IMG/VR virus record: IMGVR_UViG_3300045988_042777
Direction: 5' to 3' (one strand)
Length of the DNA stretch: 45,831 bases
DNA from: a virus
The notes under the pieces were generated by a model, which did not search any database, was not told the DNA's origin, and saw only the letters and a list, made by a program, of their open reading frames with translations. Below, piece by piece: positions 25,767-35,870 of this stretch. The translations under genes were made by a program, and so were the position numbers. The first letter of the stretch is position 1. Every line of letters begins with the position of its first letter.

Positions 25767-26951
25767 ATGCCTAACACCAAGTTTGACGCCAAGTTTGACG
25801 CCAAGTCTTTCAATCCCCAGGCTTTCAAGTATGCGGTGGACCGCATCCCCCGCACCCGGCTCAATGAGATGCGGAAGTCCAGAGCCCTGGCGGGCAACCC
25901 CGACATCCGGGAGGTGTTCAGCACTCAGGGTGGCACCGGCTATGCCCGTATTGCTATGAGAGGCCTGCTGGACGGCGATGCTGTCAATTATGACGGTCAG
26001 ACCGACATCACCGCCACCTCCACCAAGACCTTTGAGCAGGGCGTGGTGGTCACTGGCCGTGCCAAGGCCTGGACTGAAAAGGATTTTTCCTTTGACATCA
26101 CCGGCGGCATTGACTGGATGGACAATGTGGCCCAGCAGGTTTCTGAGTATTGGCAGGACATTGACCAGGACACCATCCTGGCTGTCCTCAAGGGCGTCTT
26201 TGCCATGACCGGCGGCCAGAGCGCTGAGTTTGTGGCCAAGCACACCTATGAGGTGGCAGGCAACATGGAGGCCACCACCATGAACAGCGCCACCGCCCAG
26301 GCATGCGGTGACCGCAAGAAGAAGTTTTCTCTTGTGTTCATGCACTCTGTCCCCGCCACCAACCTGGAAAACCTCAACCTGCTCACCGCTCTCAAGTACA
26401 CCGACAAAGACGGCGTGACCCGTGACCTCACCCTCTACACCTGGAACGGCAAGACGGTGGTGGTGGATGACGGCATGCCCGCCGAGGACGGCTATTTCCC
26501 CGCCAGCTCCACCGATGAGGGAGCGCTCCAGGTCAAGGCCTCTGGTGCCTCTACCGGCCAGATCAACCAGGAGGATGTCACCCCCTATTTTGGCGATGGC
26601 ACCCCGGCGGCGGACAGCTATGTGGTCCCCGGCACCCGCTACACCACCTATGTGCTGGGCGAGGGTGCCATCAACTTTGAGGACATCGGGGCCAAGGTCC
26701 CCTATGAGATGGCCCGTGACCCCAAGACGGATGGCGGCGTGGACACCCTCTACACCCGCCAGCGCAAGGTCTTTGCCCCCTTTGGCATCTCCTACGAAAA
26801 GACCAGCCAGATCACTCTCTCTCCCACGGATGCGGAGCTGGCCAAGGGTGCCAACTGGTGCCTGGTCCATTCCGGCGAAAGCAGCGAGGGGGACCGCTCC
26901 TACATCGCCCACAAGGCCATCCCCATTGCCCGCATCCTCTCCAGAGGCTAA
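25767..26951 (+). CDS. Major capsid protein
   Basis: 394 aa, positioned after the scaffold gene, with strong RBS context. Confidence 0.8.
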   Translation: MPNTKFDAKFDAKSFNPQAFKYAVDRIPRTRLNEMRKSRALAGNPDIREVFSTQGGTGYARIAMRGLLDGDAVNYDGQTDITATSTKTFEQGVVVTGRAKAWTEKDFSFDITGGIDWMDNVAQQVSEYWQDIDQDTILAVLKGVFAMTGGQSAEFVAKHTYEVAGNMEATTMNSATAQACGDRKKKFSLVFMHSVPATNLENLNLLTALKYTDKDGVTRDLTLYTWNGKTVVVDDGMPAEDGYFPASSTDEGALQVKASGASTGQINQEDVTPYFGDGTPAADSYVVPGTRYTTYVLGEGAINFEDIGAKVPYEMARDPKTDGGVDTLYTRQRKVFAPFGISYEKTSQITLSPTDAELAKGANWCLVHSGESSEGDRSYIAHKAIPIARILSRG

Positions 26952-26956
26952 CGGCC

Positions 26957-27352
26957 ATGGAGGCCGTATATGAGGCCGTTGTGACCCGGCTGGCCATGCT
27001 GGGCTACACCGTCACGGACGATGACAAAACCGGCCTTGAGTACACCATCCGCAAGTGTGAGGCAGAGCTCCTGGCGAACATCAACCACCGGGAGCTCCCG
27101 CCTCCTCTTTTTTATACGCTTGTGGACATGGTGGCCGGTCAATTCCTGTTTGATAAGAAAGCCGCCGGAGGGCTGGAGGGCTTTGACTTTGAGGCCCCCG
27201 CCAAGAGCATCACGGAGGGTGACATCTCTGTCACCTTTGCCGGGGCCAGTGATGGTGCAAGCAATGCGGAAAGCCGCTTTGACGCCATGCTGTCCAGGCT
27301 CATGCACCCGGCAGAGAGCACCCTGGCGGCTTTTCGGAGGCTGAGGTGGTAG
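26957..27352 (+). CDS. Head-tail connector (gp6-like)
   Basis: MEAVYEAVVTRL start, with position and size typical of the family. The tracked upstream extension overlaps the capsid gene. Confidence 0.6.
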   Translation: MEAVYEAVVTRLAMLGYTVTDDDKTGLEYTIRKCEAELLANINHRELPPPLFYTLVDMVAGQFLFDKKAAGGLEGFDFEAPAKSITEGDISVTFAGASDGASNAESRFDAMLSRLMHPAESTLAAFRRLRW

Positions 27353-27717
27353 CAATACCCGCCGCCTACAAAAAGGCCATCCAGAGCCTCTGGACCGGCC
27401 TGGCCACCGTCACCGTGCGGCAGGGAGTGCTCAACCCTGCCAATGGCCGCACAGAGCCGGTGGAAAAAGTGACGGCCTCCGGCCTGCCCTGCCGCATCTC
27501 TCACCAGACGGTCAAAAGCACGGAGCCATCCGAGGAGGCCGCCCTGGTGGCCCAAACGGTAACGCTCTACATTGACCCCTCTGTGGACATCCCGGAGGGC
27601 TCCAAGATCACCGTGACCCAGAACGGCGTCACCCGTGACTATGAGCGGAGCGGCAAGCCCGCCGTCTACACTTGCCACCAGGAGGTGCCCCTGGAGCTTT
27701 TCAAGGAGTGGGCTTGA
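27346..27717 (+). CDS. Head closure protein (SPP1 gp16-like)
   Basis: GGAGG RBS precedes GTG 27346; consistent with module order. Confidence 0.55.
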   Translation: MVAIPAAYKKAIQSLWTGLATVTVRQGVLNPANGRTEPVEKVTASGLPCRISHQTVKSTEPSEEAALVAQTVTLYIDPSVDIPEGSKITVTQNGVTRDYERSGKPAVYTCHQEVPLELFKEWA

Positions 27718-28208
27718 TGCAATGGGGAAATGTTGATTATAGGCAGCTCCAGAAATTGCGGGACAACCTGCAAAAGCTCCAGGACATGGACCTGGACAAA
27801 TTCTGTGAGGATGTGTCCAAAGAGCTGGCAGCCCGTCTGCTGGCTCTTGTCATTCCCCGCACACCTGTGGGGCAGTACCCCAAGAGCAGCGGGAAGAAAG
27901 GAGGCACCCTCCGGCGGGGCTGGACGGCCCGAACAGAACAGGCCGCAAGAGAGGGCGGCAAGGTGGACCCAAAAGCCTACGCCAACGCCCTGCCTGTGTT
28001 CAGACGGGGCCGGAATTTTTACATTGAGGTCATCAACCCGGTCACCTATGCCAGCTATGTGGAGTTTGGCCACCGCACCCGTGGAGGGGGCGGCTGGGTG
28101 GCCGGTCAGTATTTCCTCACCCTGTCTGAAAAGGACCTTGAGCGGGTGGCTCCCGCCGTCATTGAGAAAAAGCTGGAGGCGCTGCTGCGGGAGGCTTTCA
28201 ATGTCTGA
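27717..28208 (+). CDS. HK97 gp10-like head-tail adaptor
   Basis: MQWGNVDY start overlaps the upstream stop (TGATG). YASYVEFGHRT motif. Confidence 0.6.
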   Translation: MQWGNVDYRQLQKLRDNLQKLQDMDLDKFCEDVSKELAARLLALVIPRTPVGQYPKSSGKKGGTLRRGWTARTEQAAREGGKVDPKAYANALPVFRRGRNFYIEVINPVTYASYVEFGHRTRGGGGWVAGQYFLTLSEKDLERVAPAVIEKKLEALLREAFNV

Positions 28209-28623
28209 AATCAGTTTCAAAAGTATTTTTGACGGCGTGAGCCTTGCGCTGCACGCCGCTTTTCCTGCCGTACAGGTACACGGCGGAAATGTCAAGCAGG
28301 GCCTCAACCCTGGGGACCTCAATGTGGTCATGCCATCCGCCGGGCAAAGCAGACAGGTGGGAGAGCGGTTTCTCCGCACCCCCACCCTGGATGTCATCTA
28401 TTACCCCAAAGTGGGGGCGGCGGAGTGCTGTGAGATGGCAGATCAGCTCATCATGCTCCTGCGGGACATCACTACCCCGGAGGGGGACCTCATCCATTGC
28501 ACCAACAGCGAATGGAGCATTGAGGAGGGCGTCCTGCATGTCATGGTGAGCTATGACCATCACATCTACATCCCCCAGGAGCCGGTCCTCATGGAAACCC
28601 TTGATATTGAAATGGAGGGATAA
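28201..28623 (+). CDS. Tail completion / neck protein (putative)
   Basis: ATG 28201 overlaps the upstream stop; position is before the sheath gene. Confidence 0.5.
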   Translation: MSEISFKSIFDGVSLALHAAFPAVQVHGGNVKQGLNPGDLNVVMPSAGQSRQVGERFLRTPTLDVIYYPKVGAAECCEMADQLIMLLRDITTPEGDLIHCTNSEWSIEEGVLHVMVSYDHHIYIPQEPVLMETLDIEMEG

Positions 28624-28625
28624 GC

Positions 28626-28820
28626 ATGGCACAAGCCAAGACCACGAACACCGAACAGGCCGCCCCCGCTGCTACCTACACCAAAGAGCAGCTGGCGGCC
28701 TCTAAGCGCTACGCCAACCGGCGGGACCTCATCCGGGCTTTGCTGGAGGACGGCAAAGCCTACACGCTGAAAGAGGCGGATGCGCTGATTGAGAAATACA
28801 TGAAAGGAAAGGTGAACTAA
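28626..28820 (+). CDS. Hypothetical protein
   Basis: 64-aa ORF packed between neighbours. Confidence 0.45.
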   Translation: MAQAKTTNTEQAAPAATYTKEQLAASKRYANRRDLIRALLEDGKAYTLKEADALIEKYMKGKVN

Positions 28821-28821
28821 T

Positions 28822-30147
28822 ATGGCACTGGGAGGCGGCACCTGGCTGACCCAAAACAAGGTCCTGCCGGGCTCCTACATCGTATTCTCCAGCGTGCCCA
28901 GGGCGTCCGCAACCCTCTCCGATAGAGGCTATGCGGCAGCGCCTTTTGAGCTGAGCTGGGGCCCCGAGGGCACGGTTTTCCCCGTCACCTCCGGGGAGTT
29001 TCAGAAGAACAGCAAGACCATTTTCGGCTACGCCTACGATCACCCCAAGATGCTCCCCCTGCGGGAGATTTTCACCCACGCCACCACCGTCTACTGCTAC
29101 CGCCTGGGCACCGGGGCCGTCAAGGCCAACAACACCCTGGCCACGGCCAAGTATGGCGGCGTGAGAGGCAACGACATCACCATTGTGGTGGCCGCCAATG
29201 TGGATGATGAGGAGCTCTGGGATGTGACCACCTATGTGGACGGCGTGGCCACCGACACCCAGACTGTGGCGGACGCTGAGGCTCTGGTGAGCAATGACTG
29301 GGTGGACTTCAAGACGGACGCCACCCTGGAGGCATCCGCCGGGATGCCTCTGACCTCCGGGGCGGACGCCACCACCATCAATGGCGAGGCTCACCAGGCC
29401 TTTTTGGACAAGATTGAGCCCTATGCCTACAACGCCCTTTGTTGTCCGTCCTCTGACCCCACCACGGTGCGGCTGTATCAGCAGTTTTGCGGCCGTGTCC
29501 GGGATGAGGTGGGCAGCAAATTCCAGCTGGTGGCATGGCAGCCCACCACGGCGGACTATGAGGGCATCATTGGTGTGTGGAACACCGTGACCCACTCCAC
29601 CATTTCCGGCGTGCCCACTCACTCCCTGGTGTATTGGGTGGCCGGTGCTCAGGCGGGCTGTGCGGTCAATAAGTCCCTCACCAATTTCAAGTATGATGGT
29701 GAGCTGACCATCAACACCGACTACACCCAGGCGGAGCTGGAGGCGGCCCTCAAGGCTGGCAAGTTTATTTTCCACAATGTCAACGGGGACACCAGGGTGC
29801 TGGAGGACATCAACACCCTGCTCACCCTGTCTGACACCAAGGGAGAGATTTTCCAGAGCAACCAGACCATCCGGGTGTGTGACCAGATTGCCAATGATGT
29901 GGCGCTCATGTTCGGCCAAAAATATCTGGGCACCGTGCCCAATGATGCCTCTGGCCGCTCCTCTCTGTGGGGTGACATCACCAAGCTCATCCAGCAGCTC
30001 AATGACATCCGTGCTGTGGAGAACTTTGACCCGGAGATTGTGACCTGTGAGCAGGGTGACAGCAAAAAGGCCGTCCTCTGTATCATCAATGGCCTCAATG
30101 TAATTAACGCCATGTCCCAGCTCTATATGAGCGTTATCATCCAGTAA
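28822..30147 (+). CDS. Contractile tail sheath protein (XkdK-like)
   Basis: 441 aa with GGGTWLTQNKVLPGSYI N-terminus, directly followed by the tube gene. Confidence 0.85.
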   Translation: MALGGGTWLTQNKVLPGSYIVFSSVPRASATLSDRGYAAAPFELSWGPEGTVFPVTSGEFQKNSKTIFGYAYDHPKMLPLREIFTHATTVYCYRLGTGAVKANNTLATAKYGGVRGNDITIVVAANVDDEELWDVTTYVDGVATDTQTVADAEALVSNDWVDFKTDATLEASAGMPLTSGADATTINGEAHQAFLDKIEPYAYNALCCPSSDPTTVRLYQQFCGRVRDEVGSKFQLVAWQPTTADYEGIIGVWNTVTHSTISGVPTHSLVYWVAGAQAGCAVNKSLTNFKYDGELTINTDYTQAELEAALKAGKFIFHNVNGDTRVLEDINTLLTLSDTKGEIFQSNQTIRVCDQIANDVALMFGQKYLGTVPNDASGRSSLWGDITKLIQQLNDIRAVENFDPEIVTCEQGDSKKAVLCIINGLNVINAMSQLYMSVIIQ

Positions 30148-30156
30148 AGGAGGGAA

Positions 30157-30636
30157 ATGACAATGCCCAATCCGACTATGAACACCCAGGACGCTGTAAG
30201 CGCCAATTTTGCGGAGTGCTTTGTCACCCTGGATGGCACCCGCTACTCCATGCTGATGGCCAAGGAGTTTGAGGGCAAGGCCTCTGTAAACACCAAAGAG
30301 GTCTACAAGCTGGGCGGTGTCGTTGTGGGCCATAAGGCTCAGACCATCGCCCTGGCTTTCTCCATGACCATTTACAAATGCACGGAGATTTTTGACCAGG
30401 TGGTGGAGCGTTTCATCAAGACCGGCGTGATGCCCACTATGGACATCCAGACCTCCAACGATGACCCCGCCACCTCTGTGGGCCGGAGCACCAAGATTTA
30501 CAACAACTGCATCCTGGACGGTGATGTGCTGCTGTCCATGTTCAATGCAGAGGGTGATTTTGTTGAGCAGTCCATTGAGGGCTACTGTGACGGCTTTACC
30601 CGCCCCGAACAGCACACCAATCCGTCCTACATGTAA
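30157..30636 (+). CDS. Tail tube protein (XkdM-like)
   Basis: 159 aa, positioned after the sheath gene. Confidence 0.8.
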   Translation: MTMPNPTMNTQDAVSANFAECFVTLDGTRYSMLMAKEFEGKASVNTKEVYKLGGVVVGHKAQTIALAFSMTIYKCTEIFDQVVERFIKTGVMPTMDIQTSNDDPATSVGRSTKIYNNCILDGDVLLSMFNAEGDFVEQSIEGYCDGFTRPEQHTNPSYM

Positions 30637-30663
30637 CACCAGAATATAAGGAGGAAAAAATCC

Positions 30664-31089
30664 ATGAGTAACCTGTCCGCTTTTATGCGTGCCAATGTTG
30701 AGCAGATTGAAAATCACAAGTATGCAGCCTCCCCCCGCATCCGGGGGGAGGACGGCAAGCCCATGGAGTGGGAAATCTGCTGCATCTCCGCCGATGAATA
30801 CGCCCGCATCCGCTCCGGCTGCATCCGCCAGGTCCCCGTCCCCGGCAAGAAAAACCAGTACACTCAGCAGCTTGACAACTACACTTTCCAGGCCAGGGTG
30901 GCGGCCCGTTGCACCGTGTTCCCGGACCTCAACAATGCCGCCCTCCAGAATGACTGGGGCGTAGCAAAGCCGGAGGAACTCATTGGCAAGTTGCTCATTG
31001 GCGGTGAGTTTGATGACTATGTGACGGAGGTTTTCCAGGTCAATGGCTTCAAGTCTGAGGATGACCTGGTGGCCGAGGCAAAAAACTAA
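30664..31089 (+). CDS. Tail assembly chaperone, short form (XkdN-like)
   Basis: Position between the tube and tape-measure genes. Ends GCA AAA AAC TAA. Confidence 0.75.
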   Translation: MSNLSAFMRANVEQIENHKYAASPRIRGEDGKPMEWEICCISADEYARIRSGCIRQVPVPGKKNQYTQQLDNYTFQARVAARCTVFPDLNNAALQNDWGVAKPEELIGKLLIGGEFDDYVTEVFQVNGFKSEDDLVAEAKN

Positions 31090-31283
31090 TCCTGGACGGG
31101 GACCCGGAGGCTAACTTTGCCCATTTCTGCCTGCAAAAGTTTGGCTGGAAACCGTCCGAGTTTTTAGACCTCCCTGTCAAAGAAAGGGCTTTCGTTATTG
31201 CCTCCATCCAGGTGCGGGGCGAGGACGAGAAGAAACGGGAGGCGGAGCTGAAAAGCAAAATGAGAAAAGGCAGACGGAAGTAA
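30664..31283 (+). CDS. Tail assembly chaperone, -1 frameshift-extended form
   Basis: Slippery A AAA AAC at 31080-31086. The -1 frame stays open from 31086 to TAA 31281-31283, giving LILDGDPEANFAHFCLQKFGWKPSEF...KMRKGRRK*. Confidence 0.65.
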
Positions 31284-31339
31284 CAGCAAGGCCTCCGCTT
31301 TACGGCGGGGGCCTTAATTCTTAAAGAGGAGGTGAACTT

Positions 31340-33400
31340 GTGGCAACTATCAGATCTCAGATGGTCCTAAATGACGGTATCAGCGGGGTGCTGATGAAAA
31401 TGAATAGGGCCCTTAACACCACCCTCAATGCCTTTGAGCAGGTCCAGCGGGCCTCTGGGCGTGCAGTAGACGCTACCCAGATACAGGCCGCACGGGCAGC
31501 GTTGGTGCAAGCCAACAATGAGGTTGAGCAGATGGCGGAGGGCTACCGCCGGGCGGCGGAACAGGAGGAAGTCCTCAACAGAGGCCTCCGAAACGGCAAC
31601 AGTGCTGCTGGCGGCCTGCTGGGCAAGGTCAAAGGCATTGTGGCCACATTGGCAGCCGGTGCAGGTCTAAAGGACCTCACGGGGCTGTCCGATAAGCTGA
31701 CCAGCACCACGGCCCGCCTCAGTTTCATGGTGGATGACGGCGGCTCTGTGGATGCTTTGGAGCAGAAAATCATGGCCTCCGCCCAGAGGTCCAGGTCTTA
31801 TTATCTGGACACGGCCTCTGCTATCGCCAGTATGGGCTCCAACGCTGGGCGGGCTTTTGGCAACAATGATGAGCTCATTGGTTTCATGGAACTCATCAAC
31901 AAGAGCTTTGTCATTGGCGGTGCATCGGCAGAGGGTCAATCTGCGGCTATGCTCCAGCTCACCCAGGCCATGGCCGCCGGAGCCCTCAGAGGCGAGGAGC
32001 TTAACTCCATCCTGGAGAACGCCCCCAGCATTGCCCGGGCTATTGAGAGCTACATGGGCGTTGCAGAGGGCTCCATCAAACAATATGCAGAGCAGGGCCT
32101 TGTCACCGCTGAGGTGGTAAAAAACGCCATGTTTGCCTCTGCGGATGAAATCAACGCCAAGTTTGAGAGTATGCCCATGACCTGGGGCCAGATTGCAACC
32201 AAAATGCAAAACACGGCCTTGGCCGCTTTTGACCCGGTGCTCAATAGGCTCAATCAGGTGGCCAACAGCGCCCAGTTTAACACGGTCATCAATGGAGCAA
32301 TCAACGGGCTGGCCATGCTGGCCACTGTGGCCACCGGCGTCCTGGACCTCCTCATCAAAGGGGCCTCCTTTGTGGTTGAAAACTGGTCCTGGATAAGTCC
32401 CATAGTGTATGGCCTTGTGGCGGCCTTTATCGCATATAACACCGTGGCGCTCATTACCAACGGCATCAACGGTATTATGGCTCTGGCTGAGGGCGTGAAA
32501 GCCGCTGCTTTGATGATGAGCACCGGAGCCACCTTTGCTGCTACTGCGGCGGCGATCTACGCCGCCTGTTCCGCCATCGCCAAGTTTACCGGCATAGCCA
32601 ACAGTGGCTTTGGCGTCATTGCCGGTGGCATCAATGTGGTCATCCAATTCTTTGTCAACCTGGGCTTGACGGTGGCCAACATCGCCCTGGGCATCTGGAA
32701 CGCCCTGGGAGCTTGTGCTCAAAATATCGGCATCGCCTTTGGCAATGTTATTGCCGGGGTGCAATCCTGGTTTTACAACCTGCTCTCCACGGCCCTCACC
32801 GTGGTGGCCGGTATTTGTGAGGCCTTGAACAAGCTGCCCTTTGTGGAGTTTGACTATTCTGGCATCACCAATGCGGCCAGCGACTATGCCGCCAAAGCGG
32901 CAGAGGCCTCCGGCAACATGCAGGATTTTGTCAGTGTAGGCGATGCTTTCAATGAGGGCATGAGCACCTTTGAAACCTGGCAGGACGGCTGGGTGGGTGA
33001 CGCTTTTGACGCCGGAGCCAACTGGGGCGATGGTGTAGCCGCTGGCGTGTCCGATGCCATCGGCGGCCTGTTTGACATGGACCTGGGAGCCGCTACCGAC
33101 TACGGGACCGGCATGGGCAATTTTGCGCTTGATGATATTGCAGACTATACCGGCCAGACTGCCGCAAATACTGGAGCCGCTGCTGACGCTCTCAGCACCT
33201 CCACGGAGGAGCTGGCATATTTGCGGGACATCGCTGAGCGTGACGCCATCAACCGATTTACCACGGCGGAGGTCAAGATTGACATGACCGGCATGACCAA
33301 CCGCATTGAGGGTGGAGCCGATCTTGACGGCGTTATTTCCGTATTGACGGACGGCTTTACAGAGGCCCTGCTGACTGCGGCGGAGGGCGTCCATGCGTGA
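31340..33400 (+). CDS. Tape measure protein
   Basis: 686 aa, Ala/Gly-rich with hydrophobic central segments. GTG start follows AAGAGGAGG. Confidence 0.85.
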   Translation: MATIRSQMVLNDGISGVLMKMNRALNTTLNAFEQVQRASGRAVDATQIQAARAALVQANNEVEQMAEGYRRAAEQEEVLNRGLRNGNSAAGGLLGKVKGIVATLAAGAGLKDLTGLSDKLTSTTARLSFMVDDGGSVDALEQKIMASAQRSRSYYLDTASAIASMGSNAGRAFGNNDELIGFMELINKSFVIGGASAEGQSAAMLQLTQAMAAGALRGEELNSILENAPSIARAIESYMGVAEGSIKQYAEQGLVTAEVVKNAMFASADEINAKFESMPMTWGQIATKMQNTALAAFDPVLNRLNQVANSAQFNTVINGAINGLAMLATVATGVLDLLIKGASFVVENWSWISPIVYGLVAAFIAYNTVALITNGINGIMALAEGVKAAALMMSTGATFAATAAAIYAACSAIAKFTGIANSGFGVIAGGINVVIQFFVNLGLTVANIALGIWNALGACAQNIGIAFGNVIAGVQSWFYNLLSTALTVVAGICEALNKLPFVEFDYSGITNAASDYAAKAAEASGNMQDFVSVGDAFNEGMSTFETWQDGWVGDAFDAGANWGDGVAAGVSDAIGGLFDMDLGAATDYGTGMGNFALDDIADYTGQTAANTGAAADALSTSTEELAYLRDIAERDAINRFTTAEVKIDMTGMTNRIEGGADLDGVISVLTDGFTEALLTAAEGVHA

Positions 33401-33459
33401 CCCTTGCCCATCCCCAGAAAAGCAGAGTTTTTTCCAATGGAAAAAAGGAGGGCATCCAC

Positions 33460-34104
33460 ATGAGCTACACATGCTATCTGGGCGGGGCCCTTTGGCCTAC
33501 CCCGGAAAAGCTCCAGGTCAAAATCAAGGGTAAAAACAAAACCCTGGTCCTCTTGAATGAGGGGGAGGTCAATTTCTTGCGGGCTCCCGGCCTCACAGAA
33601 ATTACGGTCCCTTTTGACTTGCCCATGCTCACGGGCAGCCAGTCCCCGGACTATTTCCTGGGCCTGCTGGAGCGTATGAAAACCAATAAAGAAACCACCC
33701 AATTCATGCTGGTGCGGGTGTCCCCCTCCGGGGGGATGCTCTTTGACACCAACATCAAAGTGAGCGTGGAGGACTACACCATCACAGAGGATGGCAAAAA
33801 TGGCCTGGATGTGGCCGTTGATGTCAACCTCAAGCAATGGCGGGACTACGGCACCAAGACTGTGACTGTGGAGGAGCCAAAAGCGGAGAGCGCCACGCCC
33901 ACGGTGACGGTGCAGAAAGAGCGGGAGGCAAGCACGGCACCCACGGCCAAAACCTACACCGTAAAGGCCGGTGATTGCCTCTGGGCCATTGCCGCCAAGT
34001 ATTATGGCAACGGTGCCGACTACACCAAAATCTACAACGCAAACACGGATAAAATCAGCAATCCCAATCTCATCTATCCCGGGCAGGTGCTCACCCTCCC
34101 ATGA
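33460..34104 (+). CDS. LysM-domain tail protein (XkdP-like)
   Basis: C-terminal LysM domain YTVKAGDCLWAIAAKYYGNGADYTKIYNAN...IYPGQVLTLP. AAGGAGG RBS precedes ATG 33460. Confidence 0.8.
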   Translation: MSYTCYLGGALWPTPEKLQVKIKGKNKTLVLLNEGEVNFLRAPGLTEITVPFDLPMLTGSQSPDYFLGLLERMKTNKETTQFMLVRVSPSGGMLFDTNIKVSVEDYTITEDGKNGLDVAVDVNLKQWRDYGTKTVTVEEPKAESATPTVTVQKEREASTAPTAKTYTVKAGDCLWAIAAKYYGNGADYTKIYNANTDKISNPNLIYPGQVLTLP

Positions 34105-35066
34105 CCTATGAGCTGCTGATACAACACCAGGGGACCATCATGCTGCCGCCCGTGGTGGAAAATGTGAGCATTGAATGGGAGCGCCAAGGACAGCCCGGAA
34201 AGCTCACGGCGGAGGTGGTCAAAACCCCCGGCCTGAGTTTCCAGGAGGGGGACCCGTGCCGTTTTTCCGTGGACGGCACCCCCGTCTTTTATGGCTTTGT
34301 CTTTGAGAAATCCCGAAAAGGCAGCACGGATGATGTCATCCAGATCACTGTGTATGACCAGCTCTACTACCTCAAGAACAAGGACACCTATGTCTACACC
34401 AACAAAACCGCCGCCGATGTGATACGCATGATTGCGGAGGACTTCCAGCTCAATGTTGGTGACCTTGAGGACACCGGCTACACCATAGGGAGCCGGGTGG
34501 AGGACAACCAGACCCTCTTTGACATCATCCAGACCGCATTGGACGAAACCCTCAAAGCCACCTCCCAGATGTATGTGCTGTATGACGATGTGGGCAAGCT
34601 GACCCTCAAAAACATCGGCAGCATGAAACTGGGGGTGCTCATAGATGAGGACACGGCTGGGGACTTTGACTATAAAAGCTCCATTGCCTCCCAGACCTAT
34701 GACAAAATAAAGCTCTCCTATGAGAACAAGGAAACCGGAAAGCGGGAAATCTTTGTTGCACAGGACAGCTCCAACATCAACCAATGGGGCGTCCTGCAAT
34801 ACTATGAGAAGCTGGACAGCACAGAAAACGCCAAGGCCATGGCGGACGCCCTCCTGGACCTCTACAACACCAAAACCCGCACGCTCAAGCTGCGGGATGT
34901 GCTGGGGGACATCCGGGTCCGGGCCGGGACCCTGCTGGTAGTCATGCTGGGGCTGGGTGACATCAATGTTTCCAGCTATCTCATGGTGGAGCAGGCAAAG
35001 CACACTTTCAACAACGAACAGCACTTGATGGACCTAAACATGCGAGGTGGTACATTTGTCACTTGA
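34101..35066 (+). CDS. XkdQ/YqbQ-like baseplate hub protein
   Basis: 321 aa, in the order expected for the PBSX-type tail module. Confidence 0.65.
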   Translation: MTYELLIQHQGTIMLPPVVENVSIEWERQGQPGKLTAEVVKTPGLSFQEGDPCRFSVDGTPVFYGFVFEKSRKGSTDDVIQITVYDQLYYLKNKDTYVYTNKTAADVIRMIAEDFQLNVGDLEDTGYTIGSRVEDNQTLFDIIQTALDETLKATSQMYVLYDDVGKLTLKNIGSMKLGVLIDEDTAGDFDYKSSIASQTYDKIKLSYENKETGKREIFVAQDSSNINQWGVLQYYEKLDSTENAKAMADALLDLYNTKTRTLKLRDVLGDIRVRAGTLLVVMLGLGDINVSSYLMVEQAKHTFNNEQHLMDLNMRGGTFVT

Positions 35067-35460
35067 CATCAACCAACTGGTCAAGCTGGTCAAGCAGGCC
35101 GCTGTGGAGGCCGTCCAGGCTGGCGCTCCCATGAGTGGGGGCTATGGCTATGTGACATCCACCTCCCCGCTTGAAATCACCGTTGACCAAAAGAAAATCT
35201 TGTCTGAGGCCCAGCTCATCCTCACGGACGCCGTGAGGGACTACACCGTGGAGATGACCACCATGCCGGAGTTTCACGAAACGGAGGAAATCAGCGGCGG
35301 AGCTGGGGACGCTGCTTTTGCGTCCCACAAGCACCGCTACCAGGGCCGGAAAAAGTGGAAAGTCCACAACGCCCTCCAGATGGGGGAAAAGGTCATCCTC
35401 CTCCGGTGTGACGGCGGGCAGCAGTACATAGTCCTGGGACGATGGGAGGCGAGGAGCTAA
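35047..35460 (+). CDS. XkdR-like (DUF2577) baseplate spike-related protein
   Basis: Supported by order and size. The start is uncertain because it overlaps the previous gene by 20 nt. Confidence 0.55.
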   Translation: MVHLSLDINQLVKLVKQAAVEAVQAGAPMSGGYGYVTSTSPLEITVDQKKILSEAQLILTDAVRDYTVEMTTMPEFHETEEISGGAGDAAFASHKHRYQGRKKWKVHNALQMGEKVILLRCDGGQQYIVLGRWEARS

Positions 35461-35870
35461 TGGCCACACTACCGACCACGGGAGATGACCTGGACCTCAT
35501 CACCTTTGCGGTGGAAACCCAGCCCAGCTACACCCACAAGCTGGACATTGACCGCAACCAGGTGAGGGGCATGACGGATGAGCGGGATGCCGTCCTCCAG
35601 GCTGTTTACCTCATTCTGAATGTGGAGAGATATGCTTTCCCCATTTACTCCCGCAATTATGGCTCTGAGCTGTCCGATCTGATAGGCAAGCCCAAGGATT
35701 ATGCCATGAGCGAGATAAAGCGGCGCATCACGGAGGCGCTCCTCCAGGATGACCGCATCACCTCCCTGGACGGCTGGACCTTTGAAACGGGCAGAAATTG
35801 GGTCCTGGCCCGGTTTACCGTCCACACAATTTACGGCGATGTAAGCGCCCAAAAGGAGGTTGACATCTGA
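35460..35870 (+). CDS. XkdS-like (DUF2634) baseplate protein
   Basis: ATG 35460 overlaps the upstream TAA (TAATG), with a GGGAGGCGAGGAG RBS. Confidence 0.6.
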   Translation: MATLPTTGDDLDLITFAVETQPSYTHKLDIDRNQVRGMTDERDAVLQAVYLILNVERYAFPIYSRNYGSELSDLIGKPKDYAMSEIKRRITEALLQDDRITSLDGWTFETGRNWVLARFTVHTIYGDVSAQKEVDI

